Shown here in pieces: positions 13,512-26,720 of a stretch of 64,000 nucleotides of DNA; within the stretch, counting starts at the first letter, position 1; each line of letters opens with the position of its first letter. The translations under genes were made by a program, and so were the position numbers. Below the pieces are notes generated by a model. That model did not search any database, was not told the DNA's origin, and was given only the letters and a program-made list of their open reading frames with translations. The stretch covers positions 594,988-658,987 of the forward strand of contig NMRA01000222.1 of the NCBI GenBank assembly GCA_002633005.1. Reading direction: 5' to 3'. Source of the DNA: Phoronis australis (taxonomy: Eukaryota > Animalia > Phoronida).

Positions 13512-14940
13512 AACTAGAAAGATTATTGTCACGGCGTGCGTATTACTGGAATTATTATGGGAAGTTATTGACAGCAACCCGTTTACCAATATGAAAACCA
13601 ATTCTTTAAAATTGTAGGAAAAATAACATATTAATTTTTTGATGACCTTTCCATTATGAGCCCCGATGAGGGAGTAATTGTTAACACGATTAAAAGTGTG
13701 GTTACTGCTAAAAATAACAGATGTTATACTTTAAGCACTTCTGAGTACAAGATGAATGAATTGGTCAAACTTTCAGAAGAAAAATGCACCTGATGGGTGC
13801 ACGCAATGACCTGAAAATTTAGAATTCAAACTCAATCGCACTGAGTAAACAGATACATGTATGAAATTTTGAAGTCTCCAGCTCAAAATTTTAGTTTGCA
13901 CTCAGTGACCTTTGACCTATTTTTTGTGATTGGTTAGGCCTATTGCAAAGTAAAGTACTGTGTTCAGTTGGCATGTTGACCCACACCAGTGTGCTGAAAT
14001 TGAAAAGAATTCCTTGTAAAACGTGAGATGTAACATTTTGAACGTTAGATGACCTTTGCACTAATTGACCCTATCCGGTGCATTACAAGCTCTTTTAGTA
14101 GAACTAACTGCAAAGTCCGTGAAAAGTATATTTATTGCTGAGAATCAGAGTTGTCTAACGGTTGACACCTCAGAATACTTGGTGAATGAAAAGGACAAAT
14201 TTTCAGAAGAAAAATGCACCTAATGACCCCATGTTTTCACTAAATGACCTGAAACTTTGGATTTTGAATTGAATTACCTGGGCCAATCAGACTTGTGAAT
14301 TTGAAGTGTCTAGCTCAAAATTTTAATTTGCACCTAATGACCTTTGACCTGTTTTATCTGATTGTATGATTCGATTACTTAGAAAAGTAGTTTTTAAAAG
14401 TTGTCATATTGACTTATACCTGTGCACCGAATTTGAAAAAGAAAGCTTTAAAACTGGAGTAGTAGCATTTTGAAAATTAAATGACCTTTGCACCAAACTA
14501 CCCCTTCCGGTGCAATATGGAATATGATTATATAACGAATCAAAATGTATGTACTGTCAGAAATCATATGCTGAATTTTAAGAACGTACCTGCACCCAAT
14601 TTGGAGATAATAAGACTCAAAGTTGGTCGGAAGAAGAATAAGAAAAATGAGAATAAAATTGATGAAAACCCAGGAACAACAGTACTCTGCTCTTGTACGC
14701 GCAGAGTAATAAGAATAAGAAGAACTAGAATGATTATTGTCACGGCGTGACAATAATGGTCTTTGCGCGTGCGTAGTAAAGGAATTGTTATGGGAAGTTA
14801 CTGACAGCAACCTGTTTACAAATATGAAAAGGAATTCTTTAAAAGTGTAGAAGAAATTACATGTTAATATTTTGATGACCTTTCCACTAATTGACCTCTT
14901 CCGGTGCAATATGAGCCCGGATGAGGGAATACTTGTGAAC
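13512..14940 (+). mobile_element. Head-to-tail non-autonomous Helentron-type elements (HINE-like)
   Basis: Start aactaga.gattattgtcacggcgtg at 13512 and 14723; perfect hairpin 14733-14757; two internal ~420-bp units with tgacctttgacct; aagaat microsatellite; 3' hairpin tactctgc/gcagagta 14683-14708. Confidence 0.65.
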
Positions 14941-15849
14941 TCTAAGTGTTGTTTCTTGGCTTGTAACAAATTCACCTACAGAAAATGACAAGCTGTTTCA
15001 AGGCAACTTGATAAACTGAGGGTCGAGCTATAACAAACTGTCAGTTCTTTCTAATTCCAGGAATCACTTGTACTTTGAGTAATGAATGGGCCAAGACAAT
15101 AAATAGTCTAAATCAAGAGTTGGTTTAATTGAAGGAAGGCAGGTTCATAGCAGCTTTAACAGCAATGACATAATCACATTAACAATCAAAATGGATTTTC
15201 ACTGCCGAAGGATTGTTGGTTTACATATATAAAAGGTAGAATGTCAGATTTATATGCTGTACGGTAAATGAGTAAGATCAAAAATATAGCCGTGTCATTT
15301 TGTATTGACAACAGTCTATATCCACGCCAATCTACTATGCAAAGGTAACTTTAAAATTAGAGTCAAATGTTCACTGAAGCAGTGATAGTTCTTTTGATAT
15401 ATCAAATAACATTTGTTGTCATTGCAATACCATTGATCGTCAAGGCAATGAACTGGGTGGCCCCTGGAAGTCATGTGTCAAGTTTGTGCACGCCTTATTT
15501 TTCTCTCAAGCATCTGCTAAATATGGACACCGGTGGCACTGGAGTATAGACCTTTCTTAATCCTTGACAGCATTACTCTTAGATTTCTCACTGAAGTACC
15601 TATGTAGCCTGTAATTTTAAGCTATTGCGAAAAGTTAATACAATATAATTGAGCACTGAAACACTAAAACCAAAAATACAGTGCAAAGAAAACCACCACT
15701 GGGTACAAGTGATGATAACTGTATCTATACCACCAACGGAATGCTAGTATCAACAAGTGTGAGAGGTTGCAAGTTAGAAAGATGGTGTAAGAACTAATGC
15801 ACGTATTGCCAAATCTTCATTGCATCATGATAACTTTTGATGGCCATTG

Positions 15850-18631
15850 CCACTTTATGGTTTAAGTGGATCCTAGAGTTCTAAGACAAGAAATTGAACT
15901 CATGGCAACATAGTTATGTCCCAAGTGCTACTCAGCAGCCGGTCACACTATTATCGTCTTTTAACAAGCAGTAAGAAACCTACATTGAGAGAAAATAGAG
16001 TTGCATTTTCACAGAGAAATTTCTGCGGCTATAAACCCTGTTATCCGCGCAACTTAACTTTTGATTTTAATCACTTTCCTCATTCAGATGAGAAATCAGT
16101 TTTGGCCTTGCAAAGAACTGTCAGTTCATTATGGTTGTGACCATGTCAGGTGAATGAAATGGCATGCTGTGACACGTCAACCTAAAGAAACTCTCAAGTA
16201 GTAACAAACTGCTGGAGATTTTCAAGCCCAAAATTCACACCTTATTTTTATCAAGTAACAATTCGAGATCAATATCATACTAATGGTACATGGTCTAAAT
16301 AAAAAGTTGGTTTTCGTGACATAAGGCATGCCTATATATACATTAAATTCCAATAGAGCGTAGAGTCTTTACAAGAGCAGACACAAACCTTTGACAAAGA
16401 AGATAAGGACATGGGTGAACTGCAGCTCTGAATCCCTGCAAGATGACAATAGTGGCATTTGTAAGAAGACATTCAGTTTAAAATTTATTCTGAGGCCTCT
16501 ACACTGAAAACTCAGACATGTATCTATGAATCTGAAACAGTGACATTGAATCGACAGATGGAATCGTAAAAGGGAAAATTTTCAAAATAAGGTTTTTAGA
16601 AATCATAATTGTTCCCCACACCAAACATGATGCAGAGAATTTCAACCAGCAGCTGGAGTTAGCTTGCATTGTAAGCGAGTTGAAAATTTTCAGATGCAAA
16701 TTAGTTACATTACAAATGTTCTTTGCTCAACTGGACATCCTCCAAAGCACTGATACATTAGAATAAAAATTTCACACTAAAGTACTGTTTACACAAACCT
16801 AATATAAATAACTCAAATGAAACACTGCTTCGTGCATTTCAATGTACATTTCCATGTTTTAATATGGAACAGCAGCGACACCATCATCTGCGAAGTGCAC
16901 TCATCCTTCAAAAATGTCTCTAATATTTATCTGGTAAGCTGCTTAGGTGTAAAAGTCTAGGTCCAAGCTGTTTTTTTAGTAAAAAAAACTCGCTACAGGG
17001 GGTTAGTTTGAAAACGCAGATGTAAACGCTTTGATCTATGTATTTTTGTAAAAAAATCAAAGTGGGGGGTTGCTGGTTTACTGCACGGTGGTAGGGGTAA
17101 TGCGTTGTCGGAATCACGGATACTCCGAAATATTGGGAAGCCCATTTTGGAAACCCTGGGTGAATCCCTGAATAGAAATTGAACAGGCTTTAAACAAGGC
17201 ATGTTTAAATACTGTAAACGAAACAGTGATATCTTTGGTTAGGATTGTGAGTTGTGAGTTGAATAAAATGTGAAGTGTCACTCCATGAGATATTAAGGAA
17301 ATGAATGAAACAATACACAAGGTTTATTCAGGTGATGACCAGTCTGGAACTCTTGCAAAGAAGTTTGTAGAGGGCGTTGTCAAAACCACTCATTCTGAAA
17401 GTACAGATGATGAAAGAGGGTTTAAATACAATTTGACTCACTTTACCAGGAGCAATCACAAGATTTAAGAATGTACTTTCAGTCAATTTGTCACACCTTT
17501 ATGCTTAAAACAACTTTGATTTAATTACCAGAAGGCAAAATTTGTAGCTGAGACAGACTTATCCCTCACNAATCTGATAATTTGGGAACATAGACATGTG
17601 CTAATAGACACAAAAAACTATTTCTTATTCGATTAGTAACTACTCTAGCAAAATATGCGCAGCTTTTAGCGACGACATTACCCTGTAATTGTCGATGATA
17701 GCGGTGGCCCCTGACAATAACTTCTTCGATGTAACCGAAGTTGATCATTCATACTACCGTACACCACAGCATCGACGCTCCGCTTTTCTACTGTGAAGTC
17801 AACTGGCACAGTTAACTTCGATTCAGGACCGAAGTTAACACACCATACTGACTGCAACTCCCCAAAACATCGCCATGTCTACGTTAGAATGAAAGGGCCT
17901 TACCAGTTTTAACTGCATGTTAAAACACTAACATGGTGTAACTAGTCCGGGTCAGCGTGAATCAGTACTACTACTAGTAGTAGTATTAGAACAAAAACTG
18001 AACAGCTGATGGAATTAAGGCTCTTCAAAATGATTTGGGTCCGATGTATCCTGACTGAGGTCAGTCACCCATCAGTAAATGCTCTAACCGTGTATACGAG
18101 TCATTGAACATTTCACAAACAGCACACTTACTGACTTATACTTGTCCATCGAAAGCCTGGTATTGTTCATTTGTTGTAACGTAAAACCTTCACGAGTTCG
18201 AACATTCAGTCTTGTCTTAATTGTTTCTCACCTATCGAACGAGTCGCTTACAGGTACACGGTTTGTTGGTAATGCCGCTTTTTGTACTGGCTAACACGTC
18301 TTTTTCTGAATCTCGTAGAGCAGGACGACTGCGTTTCGCCTTCGGACGTACACTTCATAGACCTACTTCTCCCCGCCATATTTGTATAAATTCTGTTGAA
18401 CTCTAGATCTGTGGCTGAGCATGCGTTGTTGTAATGTTTATAATCTGTTTAGCATCACGGATACTAAATTCTTTATAAACATTTCATTCGTTTGTAGTAT
18501 TTACAACGATTTTTTTCAAACTTCTTGCACAAGTTGAAAGTTAATAACTTTTTGAACTCCATGTCACATCAAAAAAACGGCTTAAACGGCGTTAAGAGGT
18601 TTTTTTCTTCTATAACTCGGACCATAGGCCT
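15850..18631 (-). mobile_element. Decayed Kolobok-type DNA transposon (terminus plus transposase N-terminal remnants)
   Basis: TTAA|AGG terminus at 18635-18629; frameshifted TVYL.DSFDRWETIK-like motif at about 18150-18290; GST*TIKWQ at about 15845-15875. Left boundary uncertain. Confidence 0.45.
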
Positions 18632-19210
18632 TTAAGATGGATCAAAGTCAGAGTTATTTGGAGGCGTTACTACGGAATTGATGCTAAGCTTTCTAAAGTT
18701 ACCACTGAAGCACTACCAATTTAGAGAGTTTTACGAAAAAAAGAGGGCAGGAGATTCAGTCTCGACCTCAGACAATGGCCCAGCTTCAGTAACTTAATTT
18801 AATTTTTATACTGTTCTATGTGTTCGCTTCAAGCACACAAACTGGACTCCAATGAGACCAATTCCTCTGTTTACCTAGGTAAACCATAAGTTTAACTGAT
18901 GAGTTTAAAGGTTCATAATGTAGTCCTAGTTAAATTACACTTGTCATGACCATGTTAATTTACGTAAACAGATTGATGAGCATCAATAAATGCTACTCTT
19001 GCTGTGTCAATCAATTACCATTCTGAAACCACAGAAGTCTATTCAAGGAATTCCAACTTCACTTTAATGCCGCTGAGGTTGCGCTGTGATTGCATTTGTT
19101 TGTTACGATGTTTGATCTTTCTATGGCGTTTTTGCAACTCATCCGAATTACAAGTTTTAACAATAAAATACATGGGTCATGTATTCCAGGGCTAAGACAA
19201 CTGTTGATAT

Positions 19211-19618
19211 CTATAAATAGATGAAACTTTTAACAAAATCGATGAAACTTAAGTCCTCCACATTTCCTGGCAAAGAGTAGAAAGTTGCGATGCAGGTTAC
19301 TGCGCATGCTGGAATGACAACACGGACAGTTTGTCCTAAGTGACCGTGTACCCATATTTGGAACTGTCTGTAGGCCACGTGTTGAATCCTTTTATCCAAG
19401 AGTTTGTCATAGCCATCAGGATAATGACTTTTGCATTGCAGCCATGCAGTCTCCAAAACACCACGATTTATGTGTACAGGTTTAAATCCCCCATGCTCCA
19501 CAACACATTTTTTTCTTCTGTGTAAATTGTCACGCTTCATTTCTTCATCAAGTTTTGCAACAACCTTGTCGACCTCTTGACAACCTACTCTTTCTTCAAA
19601 AACTTCAGTGAACATCAA
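19211..19618 (-). pseudogene. P2X7 C-terminal (ballast/ZCD)-like protein remnant of a KolobokP-type transposon
   Basis: GCQEVDKV, CVVEHGGF, VLETAW, HVAYRQFQIWVHGHLGQTVRVVIPACAVTCI match this domain; several cysteines are lost. Confidence 0.8.
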
Positions 19619-20530
19619 AATTTCGGATTGAAAAATTTACCTAGAGTGCCCCTGCCAAATTTATTTGAGGGGGCTGCATACGACTTCAGCTTTAAAGAAA
19701 ATTGATTGTTCAGAGTAAACCCCACTTGAGCAGTGACCTGTTTACAACAGAACAAAAATCGAATCTGTTTCCAAAAAAGAACTTTCGAACATCACAACCT
19801 ATTTATTTTTCATAAAAATTGATCATATAAAGTAAAGATACCTTTTTCATACAAATGAATAGTGCTACACCCAAGGCAGCGATAGATCATGCCCGGGGAT
19901 ATACACTGTAGTAATGGAAATTATAGTTATTTGATTTTTAGCTGACCCTAAGACACAAGGTTGTTGTCCTGATTCATTGATGGAGGGGACAGTTTTGTAA
20001 GCAGTTGTGGACATTTTCTCTCAATCTGAACCCTATCGGCACCCACATACTTGTACCATTTATGAAACCAGACAATGCCAATGGGGCAAACCAACTTGAA
20101 TAGCAGTGTTGCCACTCAAAGGGTCTCCCATATTGTAAATATTACAGTACAAATTTATTAAAACTTCTCCAAATGCTATATGGGCAATCACCAACCCAAT
20201 GGTATGCCCTCTATACTCTATAGAAACTTTACCAGGCGGTTCCTACCCAAGTCGACTCGTACCCAGGCGATATACCATATTTATTGATAAGTAATGGCAA
20301 CATTGGGTCAATGTACACCGACAGGAAACGCTTGTTTTCATTTCAAACATCGTCTTACAAAATACTGTTTTGGAACAAATGTGTATATTGATATGGGTCC
20401 GAGTTGACTTGGCCCTTGAGTACGAAAATAAAGTGACCTGTATAACCTACTGAATTATTCCCCCAGCACCGAGGTGAGAAAGTCTAAATTATAAAATTGC
20501 ATTTTTTTCATCCTCTTCTTTACACTCCAC

Positions 20531-20790
20531 AGTCGATTATTCCAAAGTGGCTCTCATTCATTCCTTTGCATACATTTATTCACTCACTAGTAGCACCGAG
20601 CTCAGTCTCAGAGAAGACATTTTTATTTTGTGCAATGCTCAATTGTCTGAAAGAGAAAGCCAGGATTCGACTTTTCCAAAGTGGCTCTCATTCTTTGCCT
20701 TACTCACTGGTAAAAACGAACTCAGTCTCGGAGAAGTAAAAGACAATTTTGTGCAATGCTCAATTGTCTGCCAGTGAAAGCCAAGATAGG
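20531..20790 (+). repeat. Two diverged ~130-bp tandem units
   Basis: ttccaaagtggctctcattc...ttttgtgcaatgctcaattgtctg occurs twice. Confidence 0.85.
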
Positions 20791-21048
20791 AAACAGGCTT
20801 TCACGAACTCAAAACACTGAGCCACACTGTCTACAAATAATCAGAGACCAAACATTGGGTGATTTGCTAAACTGCAAAAAAGTCAAATTTTTATCACAGA
20901 AACTGGTATTATCCAAGGCTGAAACACCATTCATCAGTGTAGTGGGCGCCTGGGACTGACTGGTAAAACACCTGACTTACTGAATTTTCAATTAAAAAGA
21001 CCAAGTAATAATTCGTTATTGTAGGATACATATTAAAAATATTCTTAC

Positions 21049-21365
21049 CAGTCACTAACATCCGATCGCAACTCGTGCTCACCTTCTGCCCGTGGATGTT
21101 CACTGGACGAACTAGCTGGTGCTGAGTCTTCGACGACCGGAGCAAGGGCCCTGAAATGGATCGAGGAAGAACGGCTCACTGCAGAAAAGCTGTGAACACA
21201 AATTGATCCTATGGCATCTGTCACCCCCTCCTCCAGTTCCGAAAGGTCAGAATCATCTGAAAAGTCCACCTGTCCGTCCCTGTATCGTTCAAAGTATTCC
21301 TCATCTACGCTGTTGTACTCACTTGGACACACCCTGTTTACTTTTGTCCCCCTACACCACGTCAC
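21049..21365 (-). pseudogene. Probable acidic first exon of the P2X7-tail-like gene
   Basis: Acidic reading frame ending R..VSDW with a TG|GTAAG donor at 21048; the family continues DW-C.CG.C. Confidence 0.5.
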
Positions 21366-22369
21366 AGATGTGTAACTAACGAAAATGTCGGCGTTTCTAG
21401 TCTCCGTTACAACACCACTGCACTACATATGTAAGTAACTTTCTATAGCTACGTACAATTCAGGTAATGTTAAGAATATAGGAATTATAAATATAGATAA
21501 AAATTTAGATCATGTTGTTGTTCAGATTGGTTTGGACCTTGCAATTTCCTCTTTAATAGCCCCATACCTAAAGCTAACGTGTACAATAACAAACATCTAG
21601 CCGATTTAACAGGTGTGTTTTTCAAACTGTATGAATACAGGACAGCAACGTAGCCTAATGAAAAGTCAGCGACAGTAGAACGATGCACTCCGAATAGGAG
21701 CAACGACAATTTTCTGGGATTCAGATTTCTAGAACATGAATTTTAAGCACCGATTTGTCAGTACAACACATAACACTTGTTACACTTCTTCCATCAATCA
21801 TGCCAGTTTGTTTGCGTAAGGGCTACCTGTTGAGAATTCGACCATCAAATCAGAAACGCCGTTTAAAAAAATCGCGAGGGAAATTAAATGATACCAACAT
21901 GTACAAGCTACCACCTAGCAGCATGCAAGGAACCAGCGAAGGAACCAGCGAGGCTTGTGACAACGTCCTCAGTAAATTACCTCCAATGCTGATACTTGTT
22001 TGGAACACTATTGCACCAGTAAATTGAAAAGTTTTGATTAAAACAAAATATTAATATTTATCTTAGTTTCATGAAGTAAGACGCATCTGTTTAAGTAATT
22101 TTTCATTTTCAATAAAATTCCACGTTTTCCGTGAACCCATTCTCCAACAATAGGTGTCACTTTAGAAAATGGCTGATTTGAGTTCCACTAAATAATGGGT
22201 GTTTCAGATTTGCTTCCGGTGGATAACGTGAACCTCTGTTAGATACTTGCTAACGGGCTACTGACTTATCGCAAGCTCCTCCCGTTTTACGCGGCAACGT
22301 GTTGTTTGCTGGGTAAAATGACGACTTGGAAACGAAGGTGTGTCAATAATGCTGGCGATAGGTCAATTG

Positions 22370-22822
22370 CCTATTAGCTGATGATTAGCACGCTCGCCGG
22401 TTTAATGGGGCGCTAGTTCGATTGCTGATTAGGGAAATCTCGGCTATTACTACAAATGACGTAGTCAGCAAAAAGATTGTCTACCAATGAAGTACTGCCA
22501 ACAAGTACCCGCGGACCTCGGACGGCACCCATGGATAATGATGGTAAAAGTTCCAGGAGGACCTGTATGAGAGACAACCTTGTGTTTACTTGTTGTGGTG
22601 GTAAAGGTTGCAAGGGATGTTGATGACCTGTATGCGATACACCCTGGTGCTCACCTTCCTGGTGGCGTGCCTGTTCCGTAGGGAATGGGGGAATGTTGTA
22701 GATGTGCTTCCGGTGAATCATATGAGCCTCTGTTAGCTACTCGCTTACCTGAATGGTTAGCGCACTCGCCGGTTTTGTGAAGGTTGCTGTTTCGATTGCC
22801 GGGTCGGGTAATCTCGGCTAAT
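22370..22822 (+). repeat. Degenerate tRNA-derived SINE-like heads (two copies)
   Basis: tagct...ttagc.c.ctcgccggttt...ttcgattgc...atctcggcta at about 22374 and 22735; A-box and B-box-like spacing. Confidence 0.45.
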
Positions 22823-24041
22823 TTTAATATTATCAGATGTGGAGAAACGGACCATTTACGTGCTCCAAAACAGGCCAGCTAACATCAAGGGGGTATTATC
22901 AGCAATTCCAAACGTTTTATGTTGGAGCTGACTGAATGAAAAATCCGCCCCAATTACCTAACCTTGTCGGATATATTAAAAGACAAATGAAAAGACACTT
23001 GAAAACATGAACTCCAATATCCCACAAAAAAAGTTTCCCTGTCTGATTCAATAGGGTCAGATCTCAGGTGCAGTTATCAACCCTCTGTCCGAGAAGAAAC
23101 TGACTATAGGAAGTCTTACAACGATCATAACCTTACGAACTTTTACATTGCAACTAACAAGAGAGTTTTACTCAAAGATCCCTCTGCTCTTCTTTTGAAC
23201 GTGGTGTCGGATTGCAGAAGGTTGTGAGGCTTAAAGTCTCACTCCCATTTTAGAAAACTATGCAAGTGCCAAGAAACAGTTTTCTCAGGCCGGCCCTTAT
23301 ACTGAAGTGACGTAATAGTGACTGTGAGACGTTACATCCAGCCCTAGCTGGGGGGTCTAATGTGTAATTGTATCGTTTTTTACGTTTGGAGAGACTCTCT
23401 CTGTTTGGGATGTGCTGGCATTCCAAACTTTTTAACGGGTTTTAGCTTTTTTCATACTTGTTTATCTCCATCTTCTAAAGGGGAATATCACATCGTCTAG
23501 TGAATTTGCATTAATGCAACATGGGATTATTCCGAGGAACGAGGTCAGGGTACCCAACAGCCCTCACGCCCGCCCATTGGTCGGCAGATGTCAAATGTGG
23601 TGGGCAACATTTGGCACAGTTGGTGCGCTGAACGGTAACTTTGGGCAAATTCTCAAATGATCTGGGTACTCTATTGTTTTTCAACTTAACAGCCACTCCT
23701 TCCTGGACCCCCCATCACCTCGGCACGGCGGGCAAACCCAAACCCCCAGGTAAATCGCTGTGGGAGTAAGTGGTTAGCCTCTCAGGAAATTCACAAACTG
23801 GCTGACCATGCATCTATTATAAAAGTGTGACAACAAATGTCAACCAATATTGAAGAGTACATGTACTTGAACAGTACAGAGAAAAAGCTTTTTATCATAC
23901 ACACTGGTGAAATTTAGTTGGCCTGCACCACTGTAAAGTGTAAACAGCTGATGGGCAGCCTTGAGTTGCTGAGTCAAATGATATACCTGCCCTGTGGTCA
24001 ATTGTTGGAGTCCCGGTAAGCCTAGCGCCATTCAGTACACT

Positions 24042-25157
24042 GCCGATTTCATAAAGGTGGTTTAACAAAACCTGGTCTTCCTAAACCTGGTCTAACTTTA
24101 GACCTAACTTGTATTTGACCAACGTGGTTTAAATTCTGAAAGCATAGTTTTATTAAACCAGGGAGCGGGTTTAGAAAAACGAGGTTTAAAGTATTTAAGC
24201 CACCCTGCTGTGTCGATCTGGATGAACCCAACAAAGAAACTATTTAAGTGCTTCAATGAAACCTTGATCACGTGAGTATACAATGGTACTCACTAGTAGA
24301 ACCAGTGCAGACATTTGCGAAAAAGGTATAAAAGCTTTTCTCATGAGGAAAAATTTAATGTCTGTGACCAACAGACGTACATACATTAAAGTACATCCTC
24401 ACGATTAGCCGCTACATGATAAATGTCCAAATTGATTTCCGTGCCATTTTAGTATTCGGTTTTCGCGGCCAAGGGGGGGGGGGTGCAAGACCCCTTACCT
24501 CTCGATAATAAATCAGTAACCAATGGAGGTGGATCTCAGAAGATGCTGTCTTCAGTCAAACCCGTAGCATTTACGACGATGACATCCTGCTCGACCGGTC
24601 GTATTCTGAGGAATCTGCAGGACACCATGCAGCACGTACTGGTCTACACATAGGCGGATTCAAGGGGTCAAGGGGTCCCGAACCCCTTTTCCCGTGATTT
24701 TAGTGATATCAAATCTATAAGTTTCGAATGGTTGACTTGGTCCCCCTTTAGAAATTGTGGATCCGCCCCTGCTACGTTTGTTCTTGTGTCGTCGTAAAAC
24801 TGAATATTGAAAATAGTGCCTTTTCACTCTAAAACTCCGTCGTAAATGCAGACCGCGGAATCATTCAGTCGCACTTTTATCATGCAAGTCCATCATATTT
24901 AACACTTAAACCTGGGTCTGACCAAGTATAAAGTTAAAGCTAGTTTAAGTTCTTAATACAGTGATAAAGAATACATGTATAGACCTCGTTGGTGAAATGA
25001 AAACTGACTTAGACCAGGTCTAAACTGGTGAAACCAGGTTTTACTAGACCACTGGTCTAAAAGTTTAGCAACCTTTATGAAATGCAGATTATCTTTAAAC
25101 CTGGTCTAAGTCCAGTTTAAACCAGGTTTAACTTGGAACCACCTTTATGAAATCGGC
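24042..25157. mobile_element. Non-autonomous TIR element (PIF/Harbinger-like MITE)
   Basis: 21-bp perfect TIR gccgatttcataaaggtggtt / aaccacctttatgaaatcggc with subterminal aaacctggtct repeats. Confidence 0.8.
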
Positions 25158-25519
25158 CGCTAGTGTCTTGTGCAAGTTGTAAGTTTAATACAAGATTATG
25201 TGCAAGACTCATCTAATGACATTCTAAATTCCAACTTGAACAGACGCCCTGGATGCCACAATCTCTTTTCATTTCAGTGAATTCTGTGATTCTTGAAATC
25301 TTAGTATGTCATTATGTGTTCGGAGTCCCAGTGTGTTGACATTGAGGACCTGGGTATCCTTATGATATCCAAAAAATTCAGTCCAACTGGTAAAAATAAA
25401 TCATGTACCTAGAATGTTTGTTCAGGTTGGAAGTAATGTAATGACGTTTTACGTATTACATGCCATGAGTCAAGTGTATCATCTCAGCTACATCCAATGA
25501 ATCACTCAGAGGCAGTCAA

Positions 25520-25710
25520 ACCTCGGCAGTGGCAGGGCATTGCAAAGTGTCAGAAACTACCATAATGTCATTTTCCAGAGCGAAGAAGAACACAGCAGAC
25601 CCCGCACGAATTGCACACACGATGAAAAAATAAGCAGTTTAAGGAGGAACAGTGGATGACTCCACAGCAGGTTAACGGTTTATTTTCACGTTCGGCTGCC
25701 TTGAACAGCC
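25520..25710 (+). pseudogene. C-terminal fragment of a DNA-transposon protein (tentatively Sola3-like)
   Basis: TADPARIAHTM...FKEEQWMTPQQVNGLFSR resembles the K.DP..V...M...F...EWL...QI...FSR motif; family assignment is from memory. Confidence 0.4.
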
Positions 25711-26479
25711 CTGGGAAGTTGTAAAACTATGGAGAGAATGAAGTTCACAGTGCTGTCGATGCAGACTTCAGATTTCAGCTTCGCCGGAAGATTGTGCAAT
25801 CTGTTGTGTTTCCTAAGTCATGTGAAACCGAGTCAATAAAGCATCAACTATTGCTACGATATGGAATGACGAAGTAATGCATGACCTCTGTAGTTGAAAA
25901 AAATAATAACGCTTCTAATAGCTGTTTATATACTTAAGTAACGGCAGATCACGTGGGACCGGACACTTTTGCCCTCTAGAGGACTAGAAAGTAATTTCAT
26001 TTTGTTGCACTTCTCAGACACTTATTCAACTGTTCCTCTGTGCCTCCCACTGCACACCTAAGTCAGTTTTATCCGGAACCTCGAATATCTAATGTAGCCC
26101 AAAATTTTCAAAGACATACTGTGGTTGACATTTTGGGGGGTTTCTGACCGGCACAACCCAGGGTGTGTTTTGTCTGTCATGCGTCATTTAGTGATAAGAG
26201 ACATGCATTGAATCACATGGAATTGTTTTTTGCGGTACCTCAAATTTATGAGCTAAATCATTTTTGTACTCTTTTTTTGGTTTCTGCCTGACCCATTCCA
26301 GCGTGAAATTTGTCTGCCATGGGTCAATAAGTGCAGTACTATTTTCAGATTTGGCAGGTACCTCGAGTATCTAATCTAACTCATTTTGGTCCCATGCAAG
26401 GTCCCAGGGGTCACACCTCAAGTGCAGACAACATCAGATGTCTACTTCTGAATACATGTATAGTGAGTGGGTCTTCAAG

Positions 26480-26720
26480 TGCTTCAGTATAGTCTGATGT
26501 TGGTACCTCGTTCATCTATCGAAAGTGCTCTAGGATGACATTCTATCCGTCAGATATGCGAGTGCTGGTATTGAGATCTGTGTGGCTGCTTCTAATTAAA
26601 ATACTCTGTTGTCTCTACAAGACGTTGAAATCTGAATCCTTAACTGTGTGGTAAGTTTCCATGTGGTAATGCCCTCACGTCTCGTGTCACCAATAGGTCG
26701 TCACCTGAAGTGTTTTTCGG
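26480..26720 (-). pseudogene. Possible Penelope GIY-YIG C-terminal remnant
   Basis: GHYHMETYHTVKDSDFNVL...LIRSSHTDLN resembles H...T.H.....F.IL......I....P.LN. Confidence 0.3.

Noticed and set aside
14448-14975. 175-aa ORF and the many other short ORFs in the track
   Set aside because: They overlap repeats or lie antisense to real coding regions and show no recognisable motifs.
19211-19618. Host P2X7 receptor gene
   Set aside because: Only the cytoplasmic tail-like domain is present, decayed and in transposon context.
22370-22822. Functional tRNA genes (also near 39590 and 52700)
   Set aside because: Box-like motifs only; no cloverleaf could be folded, so treated as SINE remnants.
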